From: Schizochytrium sp. TIO01
Taxonomy: Eukaryota > Protista > Bigyra: Labyrinthulomycetes
NCBI GenBank assembly: GCA_004764695.1
Contig: SMSO01000014.1
Coordinates: forward strand, 491,648 to 555,647
Reading direction: 5' to 3'
DNA: 64,000 nt
Shown here: positions 62,382 to 64,000 of the stretch, piece after piece
How the letters are laid out: each line of letters opens with the position of its first letter
Numbering within the stretch: position 1 is the stretch's first letter
The notes under the pieces: generated by a model
Seen by the model: only the letters and a program-made list of their open reading frames with translations
Told to the model about the DNA's origin: nothing
Database searches by the model: none
Translations under genes and position numbers: made by a program

Positions 62382-63565
62382 ACAAAAAGTTGCTACTCCT
62401 ACTGGAGTCAGAGAGTACCAGAGAGTCTAACCAGGTAGGTCCTGTTTGTAAAAAAGTAATCATTGCAGAACAAATTATGGGGGCACGAAGTCCATTCCAT
62501 CTCTCAGCACCCGACTTCCTTCTTATTACTCCAACTTCATGGCAACGAAACCAGGCCTCGCTTAAATGCGGATAACAAGTTCCTCAAGCAGCTTGAAAGT
62601 ATCTTGAACGCAGGCCTCGGTTTACGCTGCGCTGTAAAGCCATTCACAATTCCCGACGGCTTTCGCCTCCAGCAGTTCCGAGTTCCGTCGCGGTACCGAA
62701 ACAGTTCTGCACTATTTCTATAGAGAGAAAGACGGCGGCACTCGCTCTCTGCCCCGAAGCAGAACACTTGTAGAACGATACGCAAACGTTCTGCCCTTGG
62801 TTTCATCCCCCGAGGCTGGAGCTGCGATACTCTCGGTTGTGAAAGAAAAGTCAACTCTCAGCAGAGCTTGAGGAGGCCGAGGTCTCTAAGCGGCCTTCAG
62901 TGAAGCGTTTGCGATAACAACCGATCGGCTCGTCGGCTAAACAGTTGGCAATTGTTTGTGAATTTCTTTGTAAAAGGAAAAGAGCGAGTGGAGGCGAATA
63001 AGAATTCTCTTGAAAGTATTTTTGTTTTTTTGTTTTTTCTCTCCACTTTTATTTGTTCATAAATAAACTCTGAAAAGTGAAGATAAATGAGGCTTACAGT
63101 AGAACAAAGGTTGAAAGCCGACTTACGGAAATCGAAAATCGACACCAAAGAAAAGAAAAGAAATAATGAAAGTTAGCAATGAATGTCCCGTCGCGAGTAT
63201 TCTGCTCATCCGTGGAAGCATACATATGCGAAGCAAAGGAGATAAAGTCTAAAGTGGACTCCGAAGAGGAGAGGTGAACTAATCCCTCCCTCCCTCGCTC
63301 GATCGCATCGCTGGCAGATTATAAGGCAGGCAAACCCGAAATAAGAGTCTCCGGAAAGTATTATTTTTTATTGTTTTAGTTTGAACAGGCCAATTGATTG
63401 ATTAATTGATAATTAATTAGGACAAAGGAGAAAGAATAAACTATTTATTCTAAGTTATTCTTCTTCTTTTGAGTCCTCTTCGTTGAGCACCAGTGGATTC
63501 CAATTCCAAAGCCATCGCGAAATTGGCGGCGGCGGCAAAGCAGTTTGGAGAAGCGAGAGAGCAAG

Positions 63566-64000
63566 ATGCAGGCGAGCGAAGGCGCAGTGACGGGCCTGAA
63601 GTGCTTCACGGCACCGGGCGTGGTGTTCACGACCCGCGAGGAGCTCCATGCGCACTACAAGTCGGAATGGCACAGGTACAACTTGAAGCGCAAGGTGGCT
63701 CAGCTGCCGCCCATTCCGAAGGAGATGTTCGACAAACTGCAGCTCATCGCGGCAGAACGCGAGCGTCAGAAGAACAGTGAGGTGAAGAAACGCGATCACG
63801 TGAAGGTGAGCAAACGTAGCGCAGAGAGCGAAACAGCAAGCACCAGTAATGCAAGCGCCAACCCCGGTGCGAATGCCTTGGAGGATGACGCCGACGAGGA
63901 TGCAGCAGAGCCGCAAAACCCCTATGAAATCGATGAGGAGGAGCTCCGCAAGAAGGTTGACCCGAAAGAGTGCTTCATGGATGGTAAAGTCAGTGAAGAC
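63566..64000 (+). CDS. ZNF622: ZNF622/Rei1-like pre-60S maturation zinc-finger protein, 3'-truncated by the window edge
   Basis: Not in the ORF track because it has no stop in the window. Translates MQASEGAVTGLKCFTAPGVVFTTREELHAHYKSEWHRYNLKRKVAQLPPI...DPKECFMDG. Confidence 0.9.
   Translation, partial: MQASEGAVTGLKCFTAPGVVFTTREELHAHYKSEWHRYNLKRKVAQLPPIPKEMFDKLQLIAAERERQKNSEVKKRDHVKVSKRSAESETASTSNASANPGANALEDDADEDAAEPQNPYEIDEEELRKKVDPKECFMDGKVSED

Overview
Eukaryotic nuclear DNA from a compact, intron-poor protist genome. It has GT-AG introns with CTAAY branch points and GATA/GTT microsatellites; a stramenopile such as a thraustochytrid is my inference, not shown directly. Both flanks carry conserved housekeeping genes. 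Left: NOSIP, a PUB-domain p97 adaptor, a giant SZT2-like gene and a RING-H2 ligase. Right: PA2G4/EBP1, GPATCH4-like, MFSD5, RINT1 and ZNF622. Between them (about 25.8-48.2 kb) is a gene-poor, repeat-rich island. It holds a cluster of paralogues sharing an unrecognised ~185-aa C-terminal domain ending in I.VFSKP behind acidic, disordered N-termini. These look like a lineage-specific family of immunoglobulin-fold (p53/CSL/CudA-like) transcription factors. There are two intact members, one copy with a broken domain and a 6x90-bp acidic repeat expansion, and a co-duplicated disordered partner gene plus its remnant. Other notable signals: a two-hairpin box H/ACA snoRNA in the PA2G4 intron with a predictable LSU rRNA target; a +1 frame break at CCC-TAA inside SZT2; a +1 break at the MFSD5 start; and a micro-inversion bounded by a short inverted repeat. 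All family assignments come from motif recognition by eye; no database searches were run.
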